Positions 34,021 to 46,288 of a stretch of 64,000 nt of DNA are shown here, piece by piece. The translations under genes were made by a program, and so were the position numbers. Positions within the stretch are counted from its first letter, which is position 1. Every line of letters starts with the position of its first letter. Source of the stretch: Blepharisma stoltei ATCC 30299 (lineage: Eukaryota; Protista; Ciliophora); the NCBI GenBank assembly GCA_965603825.1, contig CBFDEM010000012.1:372001-436000 (forward strand). The letters run 5' to 3'. The notes beneath the pieces were generated by a model. The model saw only the letters and a list, made by a program, of their open reading frames with translations. It had not been told where the DNA came from and searched no databases.

Positions 34021-34476
34021 ATGGCATCAATTGAAGACCTAAAAAACGCTTTAAAAGAAACATTAGAAGCTAGAGGAGTCCTTGGAGACCTTAAAGCTAA
34101 AATCAGAGCAGAAATATTTTCTGCCTTAGATGACAGAGAACCTTCCAGACCTAGACTCAGCCAAGAAAATGTGCTAATAAATGAACTAATCCGCGAGTAT
34201 CTCGAATATAATGGATATAACCATACCCTTTCAGTCCTCGTTGCAGAAAGCGGCCAGCCTGCTCAGTCTCCCTTTGATAGAGCTTTTATATCAAGAGAGC
34301 TTAAAATATCAGAAACAATGGAATCCAAAAGTGTCCCGCTCTTATATGGAATTCTTAGAGGGCTAAGACCAATAGTTGCAGAAGAAAGAAATATTGAAGT
34401 TAGCAGCACGATGCCACCTAAAAAAGAAGTGATTTTTGCTGATCCTCAGCCGTTTTCTTTTACTAAAACAAATTAA
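34021..34476 (+). CDS. CEP20: FOP-related basal-body protein (FOR20/FOPNL/CEP20), LisH/TOF domain
   Basis: MASIEDLKNALKETLEARGVLGDLKAKIRAEIFSALDD...LINELIREYLEYNGYNHTLSVLVAESGQP...VPLLYGIL. Confidence 0.88.
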   Translation: MASIEDLKNALKETLEARGVLGDLKAKIRAEIFSALDDREPSRPRLSQENVLINELIREYLEYNGYNHTLSVLVAESGQPAQSPFDRAFISRELKISETMESKSVPLLYGILRGLRPIVAEERNIEVSSTMPPKKEVIFADPQPFSFTKTN

Positions 34477-34553
34477 AAATTAATTCAAATTTAAGGATTT
34501 TACCTCTAATAATTTAATTCAAAATTAATAGAGAAAATGTTTTCTATTAAGAA

Positions 34554-35501
34554 TTATAGTGGATTTTGCGTAAAATAACTTGTATGCCAGTCAAAAAATG
34601 ACATCAAAGCACTCTCTCTAATGATCCTTTTTAAATCATCTATAGTGAGATGAAAAGTTTCTGCTACCAAATAATATTCTTTTGATAAAGTTGTGTTTAA
34701 TAACAATGTATCATCTGTGCAAATCGCAATTGGATGAGATCTAGTATAAAATCTCCCGAAATGATGATCAATCATGCTAGTCAACCCCATAGTCGCCATA
34801 TTAGAACTTGGACATATTTCTATGGGTATACGATTTTCTATAATCAGATTTTCAGCTTCTGTCTCTAAATAGCAACAATGGCCTAGCCTATCAGGCCTAA
34901 ACCTAATGATATCTAAAGTATCTTCATTATCTGGAATTTCTGCTGTGTGTATAGAAACCTTCATTCCAATGTCTCTTGCATGATTAAATACTTCTAAGAA
35001 ATCTCTAAATTTAGCGATGTTTGGGTTTCCAGAAAATTCAACTCCTACACATTCAGGGTAATTTTTAGCTAATTCTATGTTTTCCCAAGCTGCTTCCACA
35101 CTTTGAGCTCTGTTTACACTAATCAATACCTTTGTGACCATTTTTCCTTGAAATTCCCTTATTGCCTTAATAATTGAATTTAGGTATTCCAATTTCGTCA
35201 TAAATTGTGTGGCTTTTGGAGAAGTTCGGATTTCTAGATAAACCGTATTTTCCTTTTCAAAATCTTCCAGCATTTCTCTAGTAATCCTTTCAACCCTATC
35301 AGGTCTCGTTACTACAGAATGTACCACTGAAAACAGTCTAAATGCTTCATCCATCGTCAAATCTTTGTCAAACCCTTCATTTTTGCCATCTTCTGCTAAA
35401 AACTCTATCAAAGTCTCTTTTCTTAAGGATCCGTTTAAATGCGCATGCAATTCCTATGTGTTTTTTACCACTTTTGGTAGAGCTTGTATTTCTTGAAGCA
35501 T
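34554..35501 (-). CDS. ADAL: Adenosine deaminase-like protein (ADAL/MAPDA)
   Basis: Removing intron 35454-35468 gives LPKV-ELHAHLNGS. Also YLEIRTSP, SGNP, HTAE, RPDRLGH, PIEICPSSN, ICTDD. Confidence 0.9.
35454..35468 (-). other. 15-nt spliceosomal intron
   Basis: Sequence gtaaaaaacAcatag splits the conserved PKV|ELHAH motif. Retention ends in an in-frame TAG. Confidence 0.92.
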
Positions 35502-35525
35502 AAATTAGCTAAAAATTATTATTAA

Positions 35526-36122
35526 TTAACATTTTTTTACTTTTGCAGCTCTGAAGCTCGAAGAAGATCTTGTTTTATGGCCTGGGACTAAAGATCTTGA
35601 AGAGATCCCAGGAATTAAAAAATCTAATTTTTGGACTTCCATAGAATTGGTTGATTTGAACTTGGGCTGGCTTGATACTTTTAAAGGAAACAAGTGCTGC
35701 AGTCTTTCAATGCCATAAATATTATTTGACCACAGAAACGGATCACCTGAAATTCCTGAATCAATTGACCGTATAAGTTTTTTGTATTCGAGCAAAGATT
35801 TCATTGCAGAAATATCGTTTCGTTTAGGAAAAGCTTTGGATTGCTCATTTTTTCTGCTGGTAAAAGAATGATTTATATTGTACTTGGGACAAGGGAAGGT
35901 AGGCTTTGAATCCTTGCACATGTAAGAGTCTGAAATTTTATTTGAGGAGTTATGTTTAAAAGTTCGGGCACAGACAGGGGATAAAGAAATTTTTCGATTG
36001 CTTATAAAAGATTTTGATGAAATCTTTGGTCTGTGGGATTTAGGATTTGTGATAAGTTTAATTGTATCATTCCAAGGCTCAATTGTGAAATCTTCTTCCA
36101 TTTTTCTGAAATCATAATTCAT
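35526..36122 (-). CDS. Hypothetical Ser/Lys-rich protein
   Basis: Uninterrupted ORF with first ATG at 36122 and a TAA stop. No recognised domain. Confidence 0.6.
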   Translation of the reverse strand: MNYDFRKMEEDFTIEPWNDTIKLITNPKSHRPKISSKSFISNRKISLSPVCARTFKHNSSNKISDSYMCKDSKPTFPCPKYNINHSFTSRKNEQSKAFPKRNDISAMKSLLEYKKLIRSIDSGISGDPFLWSNNIYGIERLQHLFPLKVSSQPKFKSTNSMEVQKLDFLIPGISSRSLVPGHKTRSSSSFRAAKVKKC

Positions 36123-36324
36123 AAGTTCTAACAATTCAAAAAGTTATAGAAGACTCAATAATGATTGATTTTACATAAGATTGCTATTTTATTATTTTAA
36201 ACTACATATGATATATTGTATCTAAAGAAGATTCATATTATCAATCATATTCATTGCTTTGCTGAATATTCTGTTTCCAAAGCAAAATAATTGATTCTGA
36301 TTTCCATTAATTTTTAATTTCTAA

Positions 36325-37740
36325 ATGAAATTAATAAGGCGATTTACCTCTCCGCTACTTCGAGTTTCCCCACTTGATGGTAGATACTCCCACCTCATCA
36401 GTCCATTGCCAGACTTTTTGAGTGAATCAGGACTCATTAAATACCGAGCAAAAGTCGAAGTTTCATGGTTTATCCATCTGGCCTCAGCTGGAATTCTTCT
36501 TGATAAAGCAGGAATCCCAATAAAGCTCTCAGATGCTGATATCAGAGACCTTAACAGCCTTTGAAGCGAATTCCAGCTAAAAGATGCAGAATGAGTGAAA
36601 AATAAAGAATTGGAAACAAATCATGATTTAAAAGCAGTGGAATACTATTTAAAAGAACACAGCAACCTAAAGGAATATACAGAATATTTCCATGTATGCT
36701 GCACATCTGAAGATATCAATAATCTAAGTTATGCTCTAATGTTCCAGGATAGTTTAAGACTTGCAATGATCCCTGCATTGACTCAACTAAAAGATAAAAT
36801 ACAAAAGCTTGCAATTGAAAATTCAGCTGTCCCAATGCTCAGCAGGACACACGGACAACCAGCTTCACCGACTACTGTAGGAAAAGAACTGGCCAATTTT
36901 GTATACAGAATAAACCGGCACTTAAAAGCTCTCAATGAGCTGCAATTAACTGGAAAATGTAACGGAGCTGTTGGAAACTATAACGCTCACCAAGTCACTT
37001 TTTCAGGAGTTGACTGGCTAAAAACTACAGAAGAATTTGTAAGCAAGCTTGGCTTGAAATGGAATCCTTACACAACACAAATAGAGCCTCACGATGTCGT
37101 AGCTGAAATGTGTGGGAAAATCAGCCAAGTAAATACTATACTTCTTGACTTATCTCGCGATATGTGGGGATATATTTCTTTAGGCTACTTCAAAGGGGTT
37201 GTAAAAGAAAAAGAAGTTGGCTCCTCAACGATGCCTCACAAGGTAAACCCTATAGACTTTGAAAACGCTGAAGGGAACTTAGGCATCGCGAACTCTATTT
37301 TGATTCATTTGGAACATAAGTTGCCTATCTCAAGATTTCAAAGAGATTTAAGTGACTCTACTGCTTTAAGAAATGTAGGAGTTGGCCTAGGGCATTCGCT
37401 AGTAGCTTATAAGTCTCTAATGAAAGGGTTTGAAAAGATTTCAGTTAATAAAGAACAAATAAGTCATGATTTAAATAGCCATTGGGAAATTCTTGCAGAA
37501 CCCGTTCAGATGATACTGAGGAAATACGGGTTTCCGCAGCCTTATGAGCTATTGAAGAAACATACCCGAGGACTTAATAGCATGAGTAGCATTCAGTTCA
37601 TTGAGCTAGTAGATGAAATAGAGAAAGAGCTCAAACTCCCAAGCTTTATCACAATAGAACTCAAAAAGTTGACTCCAGAGTCATATACTGGCTTAGCTCA
37701 GCGCTTATCAGAACTATTGCCTGCTCTTTTAAATAAGTAA
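36325..37740 (+). CDS. ADSL: Adenylosuccinate lyase (E. coli PurB-like type), 471 aa
   Basis: Motifs SPLDGRY, ETNHDLKAVEYYLKE, CTSEDINN, SRTHGQPASPTT.GKE, GSSTMPHKVNPIDFEN, SRFQRDLSDST. Joined through TGA 36562 and 36592. Confidence 0.95.
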
Positions 37741-37919
37741 TAAAATATTTGGAAATTGCATGCTTTCAAGTCGGCATTATTAAATCAGCTTAAATGATGT
37801 TTAAACTAAATCTTAATTCTAGACTGATTTAGAAAAAGGTTTAAATTTTACTAATTATTGTGCTAATGAACATAAAAATAATTAAACGCAGAAATTTAGA
37901 TTGTTTTAAAAACATTATT

Positions 37920-38180
37920 TTAGTTATAATTACCATTAAAACTTCCTCCTTGTTCAATATACTCTTTTAGCTTCATAAATTTTTGATCTTGCGTTAATCG
38001 ACAAAACGAGCACAAACTTCATTTCTCAATTTCCTCGAGCGCCTCAGATTTTCTCGCAATAATAGATATCATCATATGTCTCATATCATTTTTCAGTTCC
38101 TTGATAATTAGCTCGCTTGTTTTATCAGAAATGAACGGCGTGTTATCATCTAAAATTTTATTGACACTTTCCAAATCCAT
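37920..38180 (-). CDS. Small hypothetical protein (86 aa), visible only with TGA=Trp
   Basis: MDLESVNKILDDNTPFISDKTSELIIKELKNDMRHMMISIIARKSEALEEIEK-W(TGA 38019-38021)-SLCSFCRLTQDQKFMKLKEYIEQGGSFNGNYN then TAA. Confidence 0.6.
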
Positions 38181-38200
38181 TTTATAGTAAAAATTTCAAA

Positions 38201-38833
38201 TTAAATTTCTAAAAATCTGGATCCTTGAGGAAGGGCTATTTTAAGCTGCTCTTTAATTGTTTTTCTAGCTTGTGGTGACAAAGATCTTATCGCATATGCA
38301 GCCGTTCCCAAAGGATGCCGAGTAATTTTTTCTTGAAAAGCTTTCTGTTTTTGAAGCAGCTGTTGAGAGTTTTCACTTGTTTTAAGCTCTTCAGGAAGGT
38401 ATTGATGCTTTAAAGTCTGCAAAAGATCAGGAGTCAAGTTGAGAATTCGGTTTCCTGTCAACTCAGAAATGATACCCTTCCTTACTTTTGCCATTATAGC
38501 AAGATCTTTAGACATCACAATTTTTTCATAAGTCAAAACAGGTGTTTGGAGCCGAATTTTCCTTATTCTTGGGTTATTGGAAGAAGAATCTGGAGCTGGA
38601 GTTATTGAAATGCTGCGCTTTTCTTCAAGATGTGAAGATGTGATAAATGAGCTTGAAGCAAGATTCTCCTGAGGAGTGTTAATTATTGCATCAATTGATA
38701 TTTGCTTTCGATGCTTTTGATATAGCTTTAACCGAATTGGTTTAGGAGAAAACGAGCCCAGCCTATTATTTATGTCTGGAAGTTTTAAGCTCTCTCTTTT
38801 CATAAATCGACTCCTCAATATTTCATTATCCAT
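38201..38833 (-). CDS. Hypothetical basic protein (210 aa)
   Basis: Uninterrupted ATG-to-TAA ORF. No recognised domain. Confidence 0.65.
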   Translation of the reverse strand: MDNEILRSRFMKRESLKLPDINNRLGSFSPKPIRLKLYQKHRKQISIDAIINTPQENLASSSFITSSHLEEKRSISITPAPDSSSNNPRIRKIRLQTPVLTYEKIVMSKDLAIMAKVRKGIISELTGNRILNLTPDLLQTLKHQYLPEELKTSENSQQLLQKQKAFQEKITRHPLGTAAYAIRSLSPQARKTIKEQLKIALPQGSRFLEI

Positions 38834-39173
38834 ACTTCTTTTATCAGTTCTTCAGATTATTCATTTTTGACTAAACTTATCAGTTCGCAGTATCAGGTTT
38901 CTATTTTCCCATATACCATTTGTTTATTTTTTATTTTGTAAGCTGCTTAATCGCATCACAAGTTATTGTTTTTATGTCTTTTCCATATTAAATTATTTGA
39001 ATTTTATGAAACTTCTTATCGTCCATAATATTTAATTGTTGAACATTTGGGTATCTTCAAATCAAAAAAACCAAGCTAAATTATGATATTTTTTAAAACT
39101 TTTCTAATATCATTAAAGTATTGGAAAACTTTCCGTTTCCCATTGAGCTATTTATAAATAAAATCAATAATCA

Positions 39174-42100
39174 ATGGACATACCAAAGCATCCCTATGAT
39201 ACCTGTAGCCTTATTACTAGGTTTTTTGAGTTTTGGCTAGTTAAGCACATATGATACAGATTTAAGCACAAGGCCTCAGAAGAAACCTTAATTCCTCCAC
39301 CTGAAAAAGAAGACTTGAAAAGTAACTATTTAAGGGTGAAGCATGCATGGGAGCAAGAAAAGCTGAAGCATAGACCGAGTTTTGAAAGGGCTTTGTGAAG
39401 TGTTTATTGGAAAGAGTATATTTTGTCTGGGCTGCCCATGATTATTTCTCTAGGGTGCAATTTAGGAGTTTCTTTACTTATCGGAGAAATTATAAGCTTT
39501 TTAGAAGATGGGTCAGATTTGTATATAGGAATTCTTTACGGTCTCGGAATTTTATTTTTAGCACTGCTTAGCCAAAACCAAAACGACCGAGTATTCTTTA
39601 ATTATGCAAGCTTAGGATCCAGAATTCAATTTGCGTCTATGCTTTTAATTTATGACAAATTATTAGATATCTCAAATATTACGCTAAACCAAGAAAGCGT
39701 AGCAGCAAGCTTAGTGAGCACAGCTACAACAGATTTAAGTATTTTTGAACAGCTTACAATTACAAGCTTTATATGGACAATTCCTTTTTATGAAGTTGGT
39801 GCACTTGTCATTTTGGCCATTAAGCTGGGGTGGTCAGGAGTAATTGGGCTGGTTTTTATAATTCTGAATATTCCGTTGCAAATTTATTTGTCAAATCTCA
39901 CAGCAAAATATAGAGGGAAAATTGGTAGGGAGTCAGGCCAAAGATTAGGCTTGACTACTAATTTGATAGAAGGGATAAGGATCATTAAAATGTATGCATG
40001 GGAGTTGCCATTTTATGAAATTTTAAGCAGAATTCGCAATATTGAGCTTTCTCTATACTGAAAAAAAGCTATCATCAAAGTCCTCACTTTTACCCTACTT
40101 GTATCTGGACAAGGTTTTGTATTATTATTGACATTTTATGTACATGTAAAGATGGGAGGCACTTTGGGGCTATCAAGTGTATTCAGTGCTATCAGTGTCT
40201 TGAACAATTCACATTTTTACATCACAGGAATGGTCTCTATTGGCATGATTCTTCAAGGATTTATGAAAGCTGTTTGTCAACGTGTAACAAATACTCTTTT
40301 ACTACCAACAAAAGAACACTATGTGAGAAGAGATAAGCAGAACTGTGCAGTCCATTTAATAGAAGTAAACGCGTCATGGAGCGTGATGGAAAGAGAAGAT
40401 GTTTTGCACACTTCCAATGGGCTTGTGACCTCATCTGCAGACTCCCCTTCATACGTTTTGAAAAATGTCACTTTTCATGTAGAGCCAGGTGAGCTTTGCG
40501 CAATTGTGGGATCTGTTGCCTGCGGGAAATCAACTGTCTTGCAGACGATATTAGGAGAAACATTTTTGGTCGGGGGAGATGTCGTTGTAGGGGGTTCTGT
40601 TGCCTATGTGGAGCAAGAACCTTGGATTATAACAGGCACTTTTAGAGATAATATAGTAATGGGTCACGATTATGAGCCAGAGTTTTACGAAAACACTATA
40701 CAATGCTGCGCACTTTCAGAAGACTTAGAAAAAATGAAGTATGGTGACAAAACATTGGTAGGAGAACGTGGAAACAGCTTATCAGGTGGCCAAAAAGCCA
40801 GAATTGCTATAGCCAGAGCTGTTTATTCCTCAAAAGACATTTATTTGCTCGACGATCCCCTCAGTGCTGTCGATTCAAAAGTCGCTGACAAGCTTTTCAG
40901 TGTTTGCATCAAAGGCATGCTCCGTGAGAAAACCCGTCTTTTAGTTACTAACCAAGTGCACTTTTTACCGCAATGCGACAAAATTATTTTACTTGATTCC
41001 GGAAGAGTTGTATTCTGTGGGACCTATGAAGACATGCAAAAAGAGGAATGGGCTCTTGAAATGATAGGCCAAAACTCAGAAAGCTTCAAAAATGAAGGCC
41101 ACAAGCTTCAAGTAGCGTTTGGCGAAGAAGCCAAGAAATCGACTTCATATAACTTCAACTCTGAAAAAGAAGAAGATAAGAACACTGTGATGGTAGAAGA
41201 ACAAGCGAATGGTGGGGTGCCCCTTAAATGCTACTATAAATTTATGAGGGATGGATTTTACTACTGCTGCCTTGTAGTGACCTTTTTAATTGCATGCATT
41301 TGCATACAGTTTGTCTATGTTATAATGCAATGGTGGATTTCTTATTGGACTAGCCAAAATGAGGATGAGCAAGACAGCGGGTATTATCCATTGGTGTTGC
41401 TGATCTTGTCTGTTATTGTGTTTGTGACCACTTTTTTTAGGAACAGTATTTTGATGAAGTGTCTTTATATATCTTGCTCTAAACTTCATAAAAGTGCTAT
41501 ATCAGGGATTTTATTTTCGCCAGTAAGATTTTTCGATTCAACTCCATCAGGAAGGATTATTAATAGATTTTCACGTGATTTATTTTTTGTAGATGAGCTT
41601 GCTGTTGGGAATTTAACAGACTCTTTGATGTTCAGCTTAATTGTTCTTGGGAGTATTATCACAATGATATACATTGTACCTATCAATTTGGCTGCTTTAG
41701 GTGTATTTGTAGTTATAGCTTATTACATTTATCATGTTTCAGGCTCACATATAAGGGATTTAAAACGAATGGATTTAATATATAGAAGCCCCATACAGTC
41801 CAGCTTTAATGCCACCGTCTCTGGGCTTGTAAATATCAGATGCTATGATTGGCAGAACCATTTCAGAAACTCAATAACAGAAGTGGTCAAGAAATCTCAG
41901 TATATTTTATCAAATTATGTGGCTGCTTTAAGATTCTATCTACTGTTTATAGGGATGACAGGAGGGGGTGTTCTTGGAATTAATGCAATTCTTATTGTAT
42001 TGGTGCTAGGGCAAAGTGATAGCCAATTGGCTAGTCTAAGTTTAAGCTTCAGCGTGAGTGTTATGGCATTTTTGCCTTGGTGTTTTCGCATGATCATTGA

Positions 42101-43049
42101 CACACAGATTTCAATGTCAAGCACTGATAGGCTTTACGATTATACAACACTATTGCCGGAAGGGGATTTGAATGTTAAAGAGTTTCAAATAACAACAGGA
42201 AAAATTGAGTTTCAAGAAGTTACGATGAGATATCGAGAGCATTTAGAGTTTTCTTTGGTTAGTGCGAGCTTTATTATTCCTGGTGGGACAAGAGTAGGTG
42301 TTGTAGGCCGCACTGGGAGTGGTAAAAGCACCCTATTTCAAGTTCTGTTTAGATCTTTTCCGTTATATGATGGAGCTATTTTTATTGATGACCAAGACAT
42401 CACACAGCTCGGTCTCCATGACCTAAGGAAAAATCTCTCCATTATTCCACAGTCACCGTTTTTATTTTCAGCATCACTGCGAAAAAATCTAGACCCGTTT
42501 GATCAGCACGATGATGAAGCATTATGAAAAGTCCTCGAATGCGTCGATCTAGCTGACTATTTCGAAAATTCTTCACATGGCTTGGAAACTGAGCTTAGTT
42601 CCAATTCAGCTGCCTTGTCTGTAGGACAAAAACAGTTAATTTGCCTAGCAAGAGCTATATTAAAAAATAACAAAATTCTCGTCATCGATGAAGCTACAGC
42701 ATTTGTAGATTTAAATACAGATCAATTTATACAAGAAACCATTAGAAGAATGTTTAAAGGAGCCACCATTTTAACCATAGCCCATAGACTGCATACAGTT
42801 ATAGATAGCGACGCCATTATTGTTATGGATAAAGGAAGAATCCAGGAAATCGGGAAGCCTGAAGATTTGATCAAAAGAAAAGGGACAATGTTTGGGAAAA
42901 TGGTTAACTCATATGGAGCCAGTGAAGCAACAAGACTTAGAAAAGCAACTGTAAAGGAAGCACCGCTGTTACCACAATTTTCAATTTCTATGAGAAAACT
43001 GGAGTCTATGAACAATAAAGTCAGAAATACTATCAAGCAAATTGATTAG
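39174..43049 (+). CDS. ABCC/MRP-family (MRP4-like, short form) ABC transporter, 1291 aa
   Basis: TMD-NBD-TMD-NBD layout with GSVACGKST, LSGGQKAR, LLDDPLSAVD, GRTGSGKST, LSVGQKQL, DEATA, IAHRL. Joined via TGA at 39252, 39396, 40059 and 42525 (DDEAL-W-KVLE). Confidence 0.93.
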
Positions 43050-43271
43050 AGTAAATGGTATATCATTTCTATTGATAAAAATTATTATGAATAATATTGG
43101 TCTTATGATGACTATCTAGTGTGTGTTATAACTTTCATTTATAGCAATTTTAAGCTATAAAAGCTTTTAGCTAAAAGCGAAAAAATCAAATTTAAATATA
43201 CCAAAATTAAATAAAATAAATTTCTTCATATTTAATGCACGTTTATAAACACGTAAGTAACTTATAAAACT

Positions 43272-43898
43272 ATGGCAATTTCTCTGCTGTTAGGAATTCT
43301 TCTTACATTAGAGGCTAACGCAATGATTGATATGGACTTTCAAGAAGGCTTCAAAAGGATTTCTCAAATAAAGGACGAAGTTTCCATAGACCTTAACGAC
43401 ACAAATTTCGACACTACTATATCAACCTCCAATTCACCTTGGTTTATCTATTTCTTTCATCCACAATGTTTTAAATGCACAATATTCAGCCCTCAATGAA
43501 AGTTTTTCGCTGAAGATGCAAAAAAACAGTCTCATCAAATAAACATCGCAAAAGTTAATATTTTGGCAAACCCCAAGCTTGCACAAAGATTTATGATCTC
43601 AACATTTCCTAACTTTCTTTATTACACTGATGGGTATATTTATAACTATACAGGTAAAACAGATTCAAGAGAGCTCAAACTAGTTTATTTAAACCACACA
43701 TATTTGATGTATGACAGAAAAGAGCTGCCACCTCCGATTACTCTTCTGAGAGAAGCATACAACCTGGCTAGATTTTTATTCAAGAAAATTTCAAGTCTTT
43801 ATTATTGGAAATTGCTGCCTATCGTAGCGATTTTTATTGGGGTTTTTTATTTTATTTTGAAATGCTGCAAAACCCAAAGAAAATTAAAAATTGAATAA
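43272..43898 (+). CDS. Thioredoxin-related transmembrane protein (TMX-like)
   Basis: Signal peptide; LNDTNFD...PWFIYFFHPQCFKC...FSPQ-W(TGA 43497); LAQRFMISTFP; C-terminal TM and basic tail. Confidence 0.82.
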
Positions 43899-43925
43899 TT
43901 AATGAAATAATCTCAATATAAATTT

Positions 43926-44876
43926 ATGGGAACCATTTCGAGCAAATTTAAAAAGGAGTTTAAAGTTTGCGAAGAAAACATGAGTTCTTTTCAAAAGCAG
44001 GAATTTAAGCAAGTGTCGCCTGTAGATGAAATTACTAATAACGACCAATTTTATTCTTTATACAGGCTTGGACCATGCATGGCAGATAATCCTTATATGG
44101 AGGCTAGAACTTGCTTCCATAGGAAGACTGATATCAAACGATTTGTTAAAATCTTCAGAAAAGATCTAATTACTAACGACTCAACAAATGCAGCTTTGGA
44201 AATAGAATTGCAAATATTAAAATCAATAAATCATCAAAATATAGTAAAGCTCTGTGACTATTTTTCAGAGCCTAAACGAATTTATGTAGTCTCAGAATTT
44301 TGTAATGGAGGAGAACTGTTTACAGAAATTTTGAGGAAAAAAACTTTCAGTGAACATCGAGCAGCTTTAATTATTAAACAAATTTTTTCAGGTGTAGCTT
44401 ATCTGCATCAAAATCAAATTTGCCATAGGAATATTAAGCCTGAAAATATTCTTATGCATGAAGATGAAAACGGTTCATATATAAAACTCTCTCATTTTGG
44501 TTCAGCACTTCAATTCGAAAAGAATAAACAAATAAAAGGAATTCATGGGTCTTCTTATTATATTTCTCCAGAAGTACTAGGAGGAACTTATAATGAAAAC
44601 TGCGATTTATGAAGTTGTGGAGTTATTTTATATATTTTATTAGCAGGGTATCCACCATTTAATGGGAATAATGATGAAGAGGTGCTAGAAAGAGTCAAAA
44701 TTGGACAATATTCATTAGAAGATGAGCCTTGGCCAAGAGTTTCAGCAGATGCAAAAGATCTAATATCAAAATTACTTATTCCAGCTCATCAGAGGATATC
44801 AGCTGAAGAAGCTTTGAGACATAAGTGGATTTTGGATCATGCATTTACATATGAAATTAATAGCGAAGTATTATAG
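43926..44876 (+). CDS. CDPK/CAMK-like probable pseudokinase without EF hands (316 aa)
   Basis: Joined via TGA 44610 ([20 protein letters not shown]). HRNIKPEN and HFG replace HRD and DFG; stop TAG 44874-44876. Confidence 0.85.
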
Positions 44877-44920
44877 CTTTGGTATAATATATTGATTTTT
44901 ATTATCGTGTAAAACTTCAA

Positions 44921-46288
44921 TTATGTTGCTGGGAATTTCGAAGAGCGCTTGTTCTGATTCAAAAGCCCGAGAAGGTATGGGACTTTTGAAGAAAGCCCAA
45001 GTTTATCTTCTAAATATCTAATGTAATCAAACAATGGATCGCTGATTCCATTTTTTTCCTTCACATCTTTTATACGGCTTCTTCAAATTTGAATATGCAT
45101 TTTCAGGGATTTTCGAAAAATAAATGACAGTGTTTTTATTTTTTGTTTTTGTTTTAGCTTTGCTATATCATTGCCTCTTGTAATTATCTGGGTTTCGATA
45201 GAAGCTGCTACTTTAGCTTGGTTTTCTATGATATATTTGTCTATTGATCATTGAGGCTTCTTTATCACCTGCTTATTTGATTTATTTTTTCAATTAGAAA
45301 ATTTCCTGAGGATTTTGATTCTTTTTTGATGAGAATAAACAGCATTTAAAAAAATCACAGAAATTTCTTTCAATCTTTGATTAGGGGCAAGCATGTATAA
45401 TTGCATTGAATTTTCCAAACTAGTGTGAGAAAATGATTTTTTTCATATCATAAAGCACATAAATAGCTGCAAAAATTCAGAATTTATTTCGGATTTTTTG
45501 GTAACTAAGCGATTCAGCCTATCGAATGTCGCAACTCTTTGTAATGATGACAGTTTCACCTGCTTTTCTTTGGAATTTCAATTTTTTACTTGCATAAATG
45601 GGCGAATTTTCTTCAGACTTAAAAATCCAGTATACAAATTTGCTTGTAAGATCCTTCTCATCGTTAAAACAAGCATCAGTGTTCCTAGTGAATTTCCTCC
45701 ACGTATTTGCATTTGTTTTAGAGAATGCGAAATAATTGGATTAACTTTTTTCCCAAGTGCATAAAAAAGTCTTATAACTGCATTTTCTCTTCTATTTTCA
45801 CACAATAAACTTTTAACAATATTTTTCTTCCACATCGAAAATGCTAATTTTCTTTTCGAAACACATCAATTTAAACTATTTGCATAAAAAATAGGGAAAA
45901 GTCTTTCACATACGTTTGAGTTTTCTAATCTTAATAAAATAGCTGAAATATTCAAAGCTGCTTTTAGATGATTATCAGATATACAATTCATGCAAGCCAA
46001 TTTGGTCTTTTTCATTCATTTATGAAAAGCTTTTTGCTTATGCTTTGCTACAATAGTGCTCATTAACACCAAAATCGTCCTTTTGAGCTTTAGCTGCCGG
46101 TTTAAATGCTTACTTTCTATTCCTTGCATTACATTATTTAAAAAAATCTGCTGCCAAATCCGAAACCTGTGGACAACTCTATAATCAATTGACAATTTAT
46201 TGTAAAAAATCGTTGCAAATAGCTGGGCGGCACATGATTTCATAGCGGAAATTCTATATTTGACTTCATCTCTTCTTTTTGGCTCCAT
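44921..46288 (-). CDS. Sfi1-like repeat protein (455 aa, seven TGA-Trp)
   Basis: A single frame from ATG 46288 to TAA 44921 has only TGA interruptions (46016, 45866, 45578, 45443, 45290, 45248, 45083). Recurrent F..W+ motifs. Confidence 0.7.

Noticed and set aside
38834-38920. ATG followed by the intron-like gtatatgggaaaatag upstream of gene 38201-38833
   Set aside because: Splicing it gives only a very short ORF ending in TAA and does not join the main frame.
43238-43254. Two CACGT motifs around the palindrome GTTTATAAAC upstream of the TMX-like gene (UPR-element-like)
   Set aside because: It is short, a single occurrence, and there is no ciliate precedent I can cite; it cannot be distinguished from chance.
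43497-43499. TGA in a thioredoxin-fold protein as possible selenocysteine
   Set aside because: The CxxC (CFKC) is encoded by Cys codons. The TGA lies at the downstream P.W position, which is Trp in TMX/PDI proteins.
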